64,000 nucleotides of DNA, from NCBI GenBank assembly GCA_044342925.1, contig JBIIOV010000001.1, one strand, 5' to 3'. Below are positions 49,790 through 60,959 of this stretch, in pieces. The notes beneath the pieces are model-generated. The model did no database searches. It was given only the letters and a program-made list of their open reading frames with translations, and was not told the origin of the DNA. The stretch is from Mycobacterium sp. GTDB lineage: Bacteria > Actinomycetota > Actinomycetes > Mycobacteriales > Mycobacteriaceae. Position 1 is the first letter of the stretch; the number at the start of each line of letters is the position of its first letter. The position numbers were made by a program, and so were the translations under genes.

Positions 49790-50221
49790 GTGCCCGGTAC
49801 CCGTTTGGTCGCGCCACTGCTTACTGTGGCCGTGACGGCTTTGGCGATCACGACTAGCACCGCGTGGGCGGGAGGGCCCGGTGGCGTTGTCGACGATTCG
49901 GCGGAGATCTCCGTTGCGGTCGGGACCGGCGTTTTCATTGATGGCCTGGTGGGTTTCAGAGCGACCGGCGCAACGAACGAGGAAGCCTCGGCGCGGGTAA
50001 TCGCGCAGTGCCAGAGCGCAGGCGGCCAAGAGTGCACCAGCGATGAGGTGACCAATGACAGGCTCTGCATCGTGTCCGTCGCTGACGATACTAACGACGT
50101 CGTGTCCGGCGGAGCCGGGACGACTGTCGACCTTGCCAGGGACGATGCGTTCGCCCGGGCTGCGGCCAACGGCACGGCCCTTGGCCCGACCGCGGCTATC
50201 GTCATCTCCGATTGTCATTGA
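49790..50221 (+). CDS. Secreted Cys-containing protein (DUF4189-like)
   Basis: 143-aa ORF with signal LLTVAVTALAITTSTAWA. The pattern EEASARVIAQCQSAGGQEC...LCIVSVA resembles DUF4189. Tentative. Confidence 0.5.
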   Translation: MPGTRLVAPLLTVAVTALAITTSTAWAGGPGGVVDDSAEISVAVGTGVFIDGLVGFRATGATNEEASARVIAQCQSAGGQECTSDEVTNDRLCIVSVADDTNDVVSGGAGTTVDLARDDAFARAAANGTALGPTAAIVISDCH

Positions 50222-50238
50222 TGGGTGAGTGCAAATAC

Positions 50239-50475
50239 ATGACGAAGCGCCGCATATCAGCACTATTGATTATGAGTCTTGCTGTTCTGCTGGGGGTTTC
50301 AGCGCCGGCCGCTGTCGCTCTGCCGACTTGTCAGGACTCGGGCAGTACGTCCACCTGTCGAACCAATGGCAGCGTGGCGATAAAGGCGCGTCCGGGGACC
50401 GTGGCGCCGCCCGCGAATCAGCCGTCCATCAGGTGGCGTGGCGGCCCCGGTCTGTCTATTAACTTCGGCCGTTGA
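50239..50475 (+). CDS. Small secreted protein, unknown function
   Basis: ATG 50239 lies within track ORF 50212..50475. Signal MTKRRISALLIMSLAVLLGVSAPAAVA. Mature part contains LPTCQDSGSTSTCRTNGS. The 5' end has locally lower GC. Confidence 0.45.
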   Translation: MTKRRISALLIMSLAVLLGVSAPAAVALPTCQDSGSTSTCRTNGSVAIKARPGTVAPPANQPSIRWRGGPGLSINFGR

Positions 50476-50698
50476 CCGTGGCTCATCACCAGCCGCTCTC
50501 ACCCCGTCGGGCAGGGCATTCCTCCCGAGCCGCAACCAGCTAACGAAGCGATCACCGTGACGCCGACAGCGACACGTCGGACTCGGACCCGCGATGGCAT
50601 AGCGAGACGGTGCCACACTTCAGGACACGCCGACGGAAACCGATCCGGGGGGACTCCTGGCTGTGCGACACTGATCGCCGTTCGGAGCTTGGAGGTCC

Positions 50699-52222
50699 GT
50701 GGTGGTTATTGTCGAGCGGGAACAGCGCCGCGGTGGAGCGGCGGTGCTGCGCCGGATATGGCGGCTGCACTTCTGGGTCGGACTTTTCGCGGCTCCGGCG
50801 CTGATCGTGCTGGCCTGCACCGGCCTCGTCATCCTCTACTCACAGCCGATCGACCTGTGGCAGTACCGCGACCTGAAGATGGTCTCCGCCACCAACGCAC
50901 CGGTGTCCCTGGACAACCAGGTCGCCGCCGCACGCGAACACGTCGCCCCCGGCATGGTGCTGGACGCCGTCACTCCGCCGCAGGCTCCGGACCGATCAAC
51001 CCAGGTCGATTTCCTCCCGGCCGAAGACTCCGGCGTGGGGGAGCGCAACGCAACACAGGTCTTCGTCGACCCCAACACCGGCAAGTACCTGGGTCAGCGG
51101 CACGAACTCGACGGTGTGGTCGGGTGGGCCAACCAGTTGCACCGGGTCTTCGGCAATGACGGTCCTACCGTGGCACTGCCATCACTGGGTCATCTGATCG
51201 CGCCGTCGTCGTATCCCGAGGCATCGATCACGGTGGGCATCGGCAATCTCATCATCGAGATGACGGCGGTCTGGGTTCTGGTTCTGGCACTCAGCGGGAT
51301 TTACCTGTGGTGGCCCCGCTCCATCGAGGGTGGCAAGCCGCCACTGGCGATCCGGTGGTCGAAGGGCGGTCGGATCCGCTGGCGCGACCTGCACGCCGCC
51401 ACCGGCATCCTGCTGTCGGTGGTGCTGATCTGCTACATCGTCTCGGGGCTGACGTGGTCGCGGTACTGGGGCGAGAACTGGCGGGCCGTCGCCTCGACCG
51501 TCACTCCCGCCGCTGAAGTCGACGCCCCGTCCACCCCGGCCACAGTGGGCGACTTCGACCGCCTCGGCCACCGCATCGCCTGGGCCGACAAGGAGGACCC
51601 GGTCTATGCGTCCGCGGCCCCTGGCGCGACCGCCCCTGGCGCTACGCCGCGGCGGTTGGGGTTTACCGAGATCGATCAGATCGCCAAGTCGGAGAACATG
51701 ATTGCCGGCTATTCCATCGTGCCGCCATCGGACACGATCGCCAGTGGTGAGACCGCCTACGGCAGCTACAGCGTCATCAACCACTGGCCGCAGAAACTCT
51801 CCGAGCAGCGGACGCTCTACCTCAACCAGTTCACCGGGCAGACCATCACCAACGCCACCGCCGACCAGGACGGCACACTGTCGCGGATCAGCAGTTGGGG
51901 CGTGAACATGCACATGGGCACCCAGTACGGCGTCGTCACCCGCATCCTGGCTACTGCTGCGTGCCTGGGCCTACTGACAAGCATCGTCACCGCCACTCTG
52001 ATGTGGTGGAAGCGTCGCCCCACCGGCAGTGCGGGCCTGCCGGGCGCCACCAGCGACACCATGCGGTCGAACACCCCACGCGGGGCCGTCGTCGCGGTCG
52101 GCGTCATCGCTACCGCGCTGGCGGTGATTTACCCGTCATTCGGCGCGACGCTGGTGGTTCTTCTCGTCGCGGAGGCGATTCTGGCCGTCAGGCGCAATCG
52201 GGTGACCCAGCCCTCAGACTGA
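50699..52222 (+). CDS. PepSY-associated TM-helix membrane protein (PiuB-like)
   Basis: 507 aa. LRRIWRLHFWVGLFAAPALIVLACTGLVILY is typical of the PepSY_TM family. Further TM helices and periplasmic segments follow. Confidence 0.8.
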   Translation: MVVIVEREQRRGGAAVLRRIWRLHFWVGLFAAPALIVLACTGLVILYSQPIDLWQYRDLKMVSATNAPVSLDNQVAAAREHVAPGMVLDAVTPPQAPDRSTQVDFLPAEDSGVGERNATQVFVDPNTGKYLGQRHELDGVVGWANQLHRVFGNDGPTVALPSLGHLIAPSSYPEASITVGIGNLIIEMTAVWVLVLALSGIYLWWPRSIEGGKPPLAIRWSKGGRIRWRDLHAATGILLSVVLICYIVSGLTWSRYWGENWRAVASTVTPAAEVDAPSTPATVGDFDRLGHRIAWADKEDPVYASAAPGATAPGATPRRLGFTEIDQIAKSENMIAGYSIVPPSDTIASGETAYGSYSVINHWPQKLSEQRTLYLNQFTGQTITNATADQDGTLSRISSWGVNMHMGTQYGVVTRILATAACLGLLTSIVTATLMWWKRRPTGSAGLPGATSDTMRSNTPRGAVVAVGVIATALAVIYPSFGATLVVLLVAEAILAVRRNRVTQPSD

Positions 52223-52240
52223 GCGCTCAGGCTGAGCGCT

Positions 52241-52921
52241 TCACCACCCGCGCTCGCGCCATTCCGCCAACCGGGGCCGCTCCTCACCCAGGGTGGTGTC
52301 GTCACCGTGGCCGGGATAGACCACCGTGTCGTCGCCGTAGGCGCCGAACACCCGGCTGGTGACGTCGCCGAGCAACTGCTCGAACGCGCCGGGCTCCCAG
52401 GTCTTGCCGACCCCGCCGGGGAACAGGCAGTCCCCGGTGAACAGTTGCACCGCGGTCCGCTCCCCGGCCGGCCGCAGCGCCAGCGCCACCGAGCCGGGGG
52501 TGTGCCCGCGCAGGTGGATGACGTCGAAGACCAGATCGCCGACCTGCACGGTGTCCCCGCCGTCGAGGAAGCGCTCCGGGGGAATCGGCAGCGGCTCGGC
52601 GTCGAGGCGATGCGCAGCGGTGGGCGCCCCGGTGGTTTCGGCCACCGCCGACAGCGCCTGCCAGTGGTCGAAGTGCTGATGGGTGGTGACGATCAGCGCC
52701 AGCTTGGGCGCCTGTTCGGCGACCAGTTCGACCAGCAGATCGGGGTCGTTGGCGGCGTCGACGAGCAGGGACTCACCGGTGTCGGCGCAGGTGATCAGGT
52801 AGGCGTTGTTGTCCATCGGACCCACCGACATCTTGACGATGCTCACCCCGGGAAGGGTGCGTCGGGCGGCGGTCTGGGTCTCGACGTGCCCGGTATAGGT
52901 ATCAGCCACAGAGATCGACAT
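52241..52921 (-). CDS. MBL-fold metallo-hydrolase (glyoxalase II-like, Rv1637c-like)
   Basis: 226 aa with the THQHFDHW metal-binding motif, plus GHTPGS and PGHG. Confidence 0.88.
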   Translation of the reverse strand: MSISVADTYTGHVETQTAARRTLPGVSIVKMSVGPMDNNAYLITCADTGESLLVDAANDPDLLVELVAEQAPKLALIVTTHQHFDHWQALSAVAETTGAPTAAHRLDAEPLPIPPERFLDGGDTVQVGDLVFDVIHLRGHTPGSVALALRPAGERTAVQLFTGDCLFPGGVGKTWEPGAFEQLLGDVTSRVFGAYGDDTVVYPGHGDDTTLGEERPRLAEWRERGW

Positions 52922-52937
52922 GAGGCCACGGTACTGC

Positions 52938-52959
52938 TGTCAGCGGCGGCACATAGCAT
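52938..52959 (+). promoter_or_regulatory. RecA-NDp / PafBC-type DNA-damage promoter of uvrA
   Basis: TGTCAGCG - 8 nt - TAGCAT. The -10 ends 6 nt before the uvrA GTG 52966, a leaderless arrangement. Confidence 0.65.
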
Positions 52960-52965
52960 GAGCGC

Positions 52966-55852
<2,887 letters not shown>

Positions 55853-55863
<11 letters not shown>

Positions 55864-56449
55864 CGGCGGACTGCCCGGCCTGGGAGAGCAGCATGCCGAC
55901 GCAGTGGTCGATGAACTGCTCCCGCGACACTGCCAGCGTGCCGCTCAGATAGCCGGTGAACAGGGCCGTCAGGGCGCCGATCAGACCGGTGGCCACCATG
56001 TTCTGCACCGCCGGGTCGGCGATGGTGGTCAGTTTGTTCTGCAGCAGGGCGATGAAGCTGGGCATCCATTCGGCGCCGGAATGGATCAAGGCCGGCTCGG
56101 TCTGCGGCACCAGCAGCAGCACCCGGCCGCGGACCGGATCGTCGACCATCAGCGTGACGAACCGCTCGACCGCCTCGCGGGGCGTGGCCGCCGAGCTCAG
56201 TGCGTCCATTGCGCTCGCGCAGACGTGGTCATAGACCGCGCGGGCGAACTCGTCGCGGTCGGTGAAGCTCTCGTAGAAGTACCGCTCGGTCAGGCCCGCC
56301 CGCCGGCAGACCGCCCGCACCGTCAGCGCCGGCCGGTCCGGGGCGCCCAGAACCGCCACGCCCGCGGCCAGCAGTTCGTCGCGGCGGCGGCTGCGGCGAG
56401 CGGGCAGTGGGACACCGGCCCACCGTCCGCCGCGTTGACCCAACGGCAT
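55853..56449 (-). CDS. TetR-family transcriptional regulator
   Basis: ATG 56449 lies within track ORF 55853..56737. HTH region [21 protein letters not shown]. The 3' end overlaps convergent uvrA by 11 nt. Confidence 0.85.
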
Positions 56450-56466
56450 ATCGCTCCTATAGACTC

Positions 56467-56498
56467 GACTATGACAACAAGCGTAGTCAGAAGTTGTC
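56467..56498. promoter_or_regulatory. Nested inverted repeats in the tetR / mpaB-like divergent intergenic region (candidate operator)
   Basis: GACTA (56467-71) pairs with TAGTC (56484-88). GACAAC (56473-78) pairs with GTTGTC (56493-98). Confidence 0.3.
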
Positions 56499-56535
56499 GC
56501 CCCAGGAACGGACGGCGCCGAGGAAAGGCGATCGG

Positions 56536-57567
56536 GTGAGTCCAAAGACGGCCGCAAAGCCCACAGCGAGGCACAAAGCAAAGCCCACAGCGCAGCCGAG
56601 ATCAGCGCCCGCGCCGACCGGCGGCTGCCCGGTGAGCAGCGGCGGGTACGACGACGCGCCGCTGGGTCCGGACTCGCTGACCTGGAAACTCTTCGGCGAC
56701 TGGCGCGGCCTGCTGCAGGGCCCCTGGGCCGGGTCAATGCAGAACATGCACCCGCAACTCGGCGCGGCTGTCAAGGACCACTCCATCTTCTTCACCGAAC
56801 GCCTGCCCCGGCTGTTCCGATCGCTGTACCCGATCGGTGGTGTGGTCTTCGACGGCGACCGCGCACCCCAGACCGGCGGCGAGGTCCGTGACTACCACAT
56901 CGGGATCAGGGGCGTCGACGAGAAAGGCCGGCACTACAGCGCGCTGAACCCCGACGTCTTCTACTGGGCGCACGCCACGTTCTTCATGGGCACCATCCTC
57001 ACCGCCGAGCACTTCGGTGACGGCCTGACCGAGGACCAGAAGCGTCAACTGTTCGACGAGCACGTGCAGTGGTACCGGATGTACGGGATGAGCATGCGCC
57101 CGGTGCCCAAGACGTGGGAGGACTTCGGAGTCTACTGGGATCACATGTGCCGGGAGGTGCTGGAGAACACCTGGGCGGCCCGAGCGGTGCTCGACATCAC
57201 CTCGATGCCCAAACACCCCTCGATCAGCTGGATGCCGGATTGGATGTGGCAGCAGCAGCTCAAGCTGCTGGAGCCCCTCGCGGTGTGGCTCACTGTCGGT
57301 CTCTACGACGAACCGGTGCGCGAGCTGATGGGCTACTCCTGGTCGGGCAACGACGAACGGCTGCACTGGCTGTTCGGCCGCGCGGTCAACGTGGCGTTCA
57401 AGTTCGTGCCCCGGCGCATGAAGATGCATCCGCGGGCACGGGCGGGCTGGGACCGCGCCGAGGGCCGAATCCCCGCCGATACGCCGCTGGTGCACACGCC
57501 GGCGCGCAACCTGCCGCCCGTCGATGCGCGGGGAAACGGCATGCACTACTCGCCGCAGGTGGGCTAG
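56536..57567 (+). CDS. DUF2236 / MpaB-family oxygenase-like protein
   Basis: GTG 56536 lies within track ORF 56407..57567. LTWKLFGDWRGLLQGPWAGSMQNMHPQLGAAV and FYWAHATF are typical of the family. Confidence 0.8.
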   Translation: MSPKTAAKPTARHKAKPTAQPRSAPAPTGGCPVSSGGYDDAPLGPDSLTWKLFGDWRGLLQGPWAGSMQNMHPQLGAAVKDHSIFFTERLPRLFRSLYPIGGVVFDGDRAPQTGGEVRDYHIGIRGVDEKGRHYSALNPDVFYWAHATFFMGTILTAEHFGDGLTEDQKRQLFDEHVQWYRMYGMSMRPVPKTWEDFGVYWDHMCREVLENTWAARAVLDITSMPKHPSISWMPDWMWQQQLKLLEPLAVWLTVGLYDEPVRELMGYSWSGNDERLHWLFGRAVNVAFKFVPRRMKMHPRARAGWDRAEGRIPADTPLVHTPARNLPPVDARGNGMHYSPQVG

Positions 57568-57625
57568 CGGGTCACCGGACCCGCTCTTAACGACGCTCTG
57601 TAGTAGTTCGGCTACCCTGCCGGGT

Positions 57626-58150
57626 ATGCAGACAACGAAAACCAGGATCGTCGCCGCCGTGTCGGCCGGCGCGTTTCTGGCCGCGGCGCCGGCCTGCTCG
57701 CAGACTGAGATGACCACCAAGGCCCGCGACCAGGGCGCCGGCGTGGTGAGCATCAGCGACCAGTGGGTCAAAGCCGCCGATACCGGGATGACTGGTCTGT
57801 TCGGCACCCTGAAAAACTCCGGCACCACCGACGTCACGGTGGTCTCGGCCGGTTCACCGTCGGCCGGTCAGGTGGAATTGCACGAAGTGGTGGGCCAGCC
57901 CGGTTCGACCGCGATGCAGCCCAAGGAGGGGGGTTTCCGCATTCCGGCTGGCGGAACCCACGTCCTGGCGCCCGGTGGTGACCACCTGATGCTCATGAAC
58001 CTCACGGCGCCGTTGACAGTGGGCTCGCAGGTGGAGGTGACGCTGACCTTCGCCGACGGCACATCATTACCGTTCGCCGCTCAGATCCGCGACTTCTCCG
58101 GCGCCGGCGAAACGTATCAACCGTCGGGCCACGCTGGCGGCCATGGATGA
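57626..58150 (+). CDS. Copper chaperone PCu(A)C (DUF461) lipoprotein
   Basis: ATG 57626. Lipobox-like AFLAAAPAC. Motif H-x(n)-M: ELHEVV...MQP...IPAGGTHVLAPGGDHLMLMNL. Confidence 0.8.
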   Translation: MQTTKTRIVAAVSAGAFLAAAPACSQTEMTTKARDQGAGVVSISDQWVKAADTGMTGLFGTLKNSGTTDVTVVSAGSPSAGQVELHEVVGQPGSTAMQPKEGGFRIPAGGTHVLAPGGDHLMLMNLTAPLTVGSQVEVTLTFADGTSLPFAAQIRDFSGAGETYQPSGHAGGHG

Positions 58151-59384
58151 ACACCGCCGGCTGAACGGCCGGGTATCGCGGCGCCGACTGCTCACCGGCG
58201 GCGCCGCGGCGGCGGGTTTGGCGGGCGCGGCGGGAGTGTCGGCCTGGGTGGTAGACGACGCACGCCGCACCGACGAGCCCCGCACCTTCGGCGACGAGAC
58301 GGTGCGATTTCACGGCGCTCATCAGGCAGGTATCGACACCCCGCCGCAAAGCCATGCGGCCTTCATCGGGCTGGACCTGCTCGCCGACCCTCGGCGCGCA
58401 CCCCGCGAGGTCCTGCAGGCGGTACTCGCGCTGTGGACCACCGACGCTGAGCGGCTCACCGCCGGGTTGCCGGCCTTGGCCGACACCGAACCGGAATTGG
58501 CGCCCCGTCCCGCACGCCTGACTGTCACCGTGGGATTAGGTCCACGCGTCTTCGACCTGACCGGCCTGGGCCGGTTGAAGCCTATCTCGGCGCGGCCGCT
58601 CCCACCCTTCGGCGTCGACCGGTTGGAGGCTCGCTGGCAGGGCACCGACCTGCTGCTGCAAATCTGCGCGGATGACCCGATGGCTGTCGCGCATGCCACC
58701 CGAGTACTGGTTAAGAACGTCCGGAGGCTGGCAGTGCAACGCTGGCGGCAGAACGGATTCCGTCCCGCCCGCGGCGTCCAGCCAGACGGGACGACGGCAC
58801 GCAACCTGATGGGTCAGGTCGATGGCACCGTCAACCCGGTTCCCGGAACACCCGACTTCGACGAGGTCGTCTGGGACGACGGGCGGTCGCAAGCCTGGCT
58901 GGCCGGCGGCACGATGATGGTGCTGCGAAGAGTCCGGATGAACCTGGACACGTGGGACGAGATGGACCGCACCAGCAAGGAACTCGCGGTGGGCCGTCGC
59001 CTGGACACCGGCGCGCCGCTGACCGGGTTGCACGAGAGCGACCCCGCCGATGTGACAGCGCGGCGCGACGGCATTCCGATCATTCCGCCCAATTCACATG
59101 TGGCACTTGCGCATCCGGCCGAGCCTGCGGAGCGGTTCTTGCGGCGGCCCTACAACTACGACGATCCCCCGCCCCCGGGGGAGATCTCGGATTCCGGTCT
59201 GATCTTCCCCGCCTTCCAGCGTGACATCGACCGGCAGTTCCTGCCGGTGCAGCGCCGACTGGCCCGGGCCGACGCGATGAACCGGTGGATCACACCGGTG
59301 GGCTCGGCGGTTTATGTGATCCCACCGGGCGTGCGCTCGGGGCAGTATCTCGGGCAGCAGTTGCTGGAGAGCCCCGTGAATTGA
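58143..59384 (+). CDS. Tat-exported DyP-type peroxidase (EfeB/DtpA-like)
   Basis: Twin-arginine signal VSRRRLLTGGAAAAGLAGAAG. C-terminal GLIFPAFQRDIDRQFLPVQRRL...PVGSAVYVIPPG is typical of DyP. 8-nt overlap with the PCuAC gene. Confidence 0.9.
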   Translation: MDEHRRLNGRVSRRRLLTGGAAAAGLAGAAGVSAWVVDDARRTDEPRTFGDETVRFHGAHQAGIDTPPQSHAAFIGLDLLADPRRAPREVLQAVLALWTTDAERLTAGLPALADTEPELAPRPARLTVTVGLGPRVFDLTGLGRLKPISARPLPPFGVDRLEARWQGTDLLLQICADDPMAVAHATRVLVKNVRRLAVQRWRQNGFRPARGVQPDGTTARNLMGQVDGTVNPVPGTPDFDEVVWDDGRSQAWLAGGTMMVLRRVRMNLDTWDEMDRTSKELAVGRRLDTGAPLTGLHESDPADVTARRDGIPIIPPNSHVALAHPAEPAERFLRRPYNYDDPPPPGEISDSGLIFPAFQRDIDRQFLPVQRRLARADAMNRWITPVGSAVYVIPPGVRSGQYLGQQLLESPVN

Positions 59385-59388
59385 GCGT

Positions 59389-59724
59389 TCAGTCCGGCTT
59401 GCGCATCGAGGAGCGGATCTCCTCAAGTTTGTCCGCCGCCGCTTTCTGCACGGCCTCGTAGCGCTGACTCGCTGCCCGGACCTCGGTGGTCTCCTCGGCG
59501 AGTTCGGTTGCGCCCAAAGCGGTTCCGTAGCGCGTCTCGATCTTGTCCCGCACGCCTCCCAGCGTCGGCACCCCGGCGGGGGTGTAGCCGGTGTCGGGTT
59601 TCGCCACGCTCACCGGCGGCAATGTGGTCGCGGCCGGCTTGGTCGTGCTGACCTCGGCGGACTTCGGCTCGCCGGCTGGCTCGGGTGCCGACTCAGATGC
59701 GGGTCCCTTGGGTTCGTCAGGCAT
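59389..59724 (-). CDS. Hypothetical protein (Pro/Glu-rich N-terminus, helical C-terminus)
   Basis: ATG 59724 lies within track ORF 59389..59871. 111 aa. No family recognised. Confidence 0.45.
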   Translation of the reverse strand: MPDEPKGPASESAPEPAGEPKSAEVSTTKPAATTLPPVSVAKPDTGYTPAGVPTLGGVRDKIETRYGTALGATELAEETTEVRAASQRYEAVQKAAADKLEEIRSSMRKPD

Positions 59725-59789
59725 GAGGGTCACCGTACTCCGGCGGGCTTGGGGTGTGGCTGCCCGTCGCCGCCCGCCTCCGCGGCGAT

Positions 59790-60260
59790 GGTGACCCCGT
59801 CGGCCTGACCGGAGGTTCCCGGCAGCGCCACCTCGGGCACCTCCGGGGTGCCGATCTGGGCCGCCAGCCACGGCAGCGACGACACGAAAGCCTTGGCGGC
59901 GAAGGGCCAGCGTGCTTGCCCGGCTGCGGCACCACCGCGCAGTCGATGTCGTAACTGCTGCCCGGGTGGCCGGGTCCCAGTCGTCCCACGCCGCCGCGTT
60001 GCCGCCGTAGAGCCGCTCGATGGTCTGGGCCTTGGTGCCGGCATTGGGATAGAGGTCGCCGTCGATGTTGACGAAGGCGCTGAACAGTTCCGGGTAACTT
60101 CACGGTCAGATTGACCGCGCAGGTGCCCCCCGAGGACCAGCCGACCACACCCCAGTTGGCCGGATCGTCGCTGACGCCGAAGTTGTCGACCATGAAGGGC
60201 ACGACGTCCTTGGTGAGGTGATCCGCGGCTGGTTGGGGGCCGACTGGTGACCGTCATAGG
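59790..60260 (-). pseudogene. Esterase (PF00756-type alpha/beta hydrolase) remnant, 5'-truncated with frameshifts
   Basis: Family-like segments are spread over three minus-strand frames. DHLTKDVVPFMVDNFGVSDDPANWGVVGWSSGGTCAVNLTVK contains the GxSxG elbow. It is followed by YPELFSAFVNIDGDLYPNAGTKAQTIERLYGGNAAAWDDWDP, then WPFAAKAFVSSLPWLAAQIG. Confidence 0.6.
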
Positions 60261-60301
60261 CCGCCAGGATAGGCCCGCTCCGGCGGCGTCGGGAGATCGG
60301 C

Positions 60302-60685
60302 TCAGCGGACCGGCCCGGTGTACTTCTCGCCGGGTCCCTGGCCGGGCTCGTCGGGCGCCGCGCTGGCCTCTCGAAAGGCCCGCTGCAGGCTGCGCAGGCC
60401 GTCCTTCATCGGCCCGGCATGCGGTCCGAGGGAACCGGCGCAGCCGTCGAGCAGCCCGGCGTAGGCGTTGATCAGCCGCCGCGCCTCGTCCAGGTCGCGA
60501 TGCCGGCTGGTGTCCGGATCAGGGTCGGCCAGGCCGATCTTCTCGGCGGCAGCGCTCATCAGCATCACCGCGGCTTTGCTGATCACCTCGATCGCCGGGA
60601 TGTCGGCCAATTCGCGATGCTGCGCACCAGTCGGGCTGTGATGCTGCGGATCAGCACTGCCCGCGATGCCAGGGGTATCCGTCAT
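60302..60685 (-). CDS. DUF1844 domain protein
   Basis: ATG 60685 lies within track ORF 60302..60754. The pattern [19 protein letters not shown]...[16 protein letters not shown]...[16 protein letters not shown] matches my memory of actinobacterial DUF1844 proteins found next to infC. Confidence 0.8.
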   Translation of the reverse strand: MTDTPGIAGSADPQHHSPTGAQHRELADIPAIEVISKAAVMLMSAAAEKIGLADPDPDTSRHRDLDEARRLINAYAGLLDGCAGSLGPHAGPMKDGLRSLQRAFREASAAPDEPGQGPGEKYTGPVR

Positions 60686-60850
60686 GCCTGCTAGACTCGC
60701 ATGCACGACCGTCCCGGCGAACGCCAGGACAACCAAGTGGAGTCCCACTCCCACCGTCGGCTTGAAGGCTAGACGGTCCGGTCACCGATGCCCCCGGGCA
60801 TCCGTTCTGCGTATGACGCAGGCGGCATTAGCCGTGATCGGTCGGCACTG

Positions 60851-60875
60851 GGCCCTGCTGCGTGCAGGGCCTTTT
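60851..60875 (+). terminator. Intrinsic-terminator-like hairpin in the infC 5' leader (possible attenuator)
   Basis: GGCCCTGC (60851-58), loop tgcgt, GCAGGGCC (60864-71), then TTTT (60872-75). No plus-strand gene lies upstream. A second hairpin with a TTCG tetraloop is at 60914-60934. Confidence 0.45.
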
Positions 60876-60959
60876 CGCTGGTGGCGTGGTTTCCCGATGT
60901 GTCCTGCGGCGTCTCGCCGGCTTCGGCCGGACGAAATGAAGACCGACCAGGGAGGCCCC

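Noticed and set aside
50476-50698. IdeR iron box or other obvious operator upstream of the PepSY membrane protein gene
   Set aside because: No sequence resembling the TTAGGTTAGGCTAACCTAA-type iron box, or any other clear dyad, was seen by eye.
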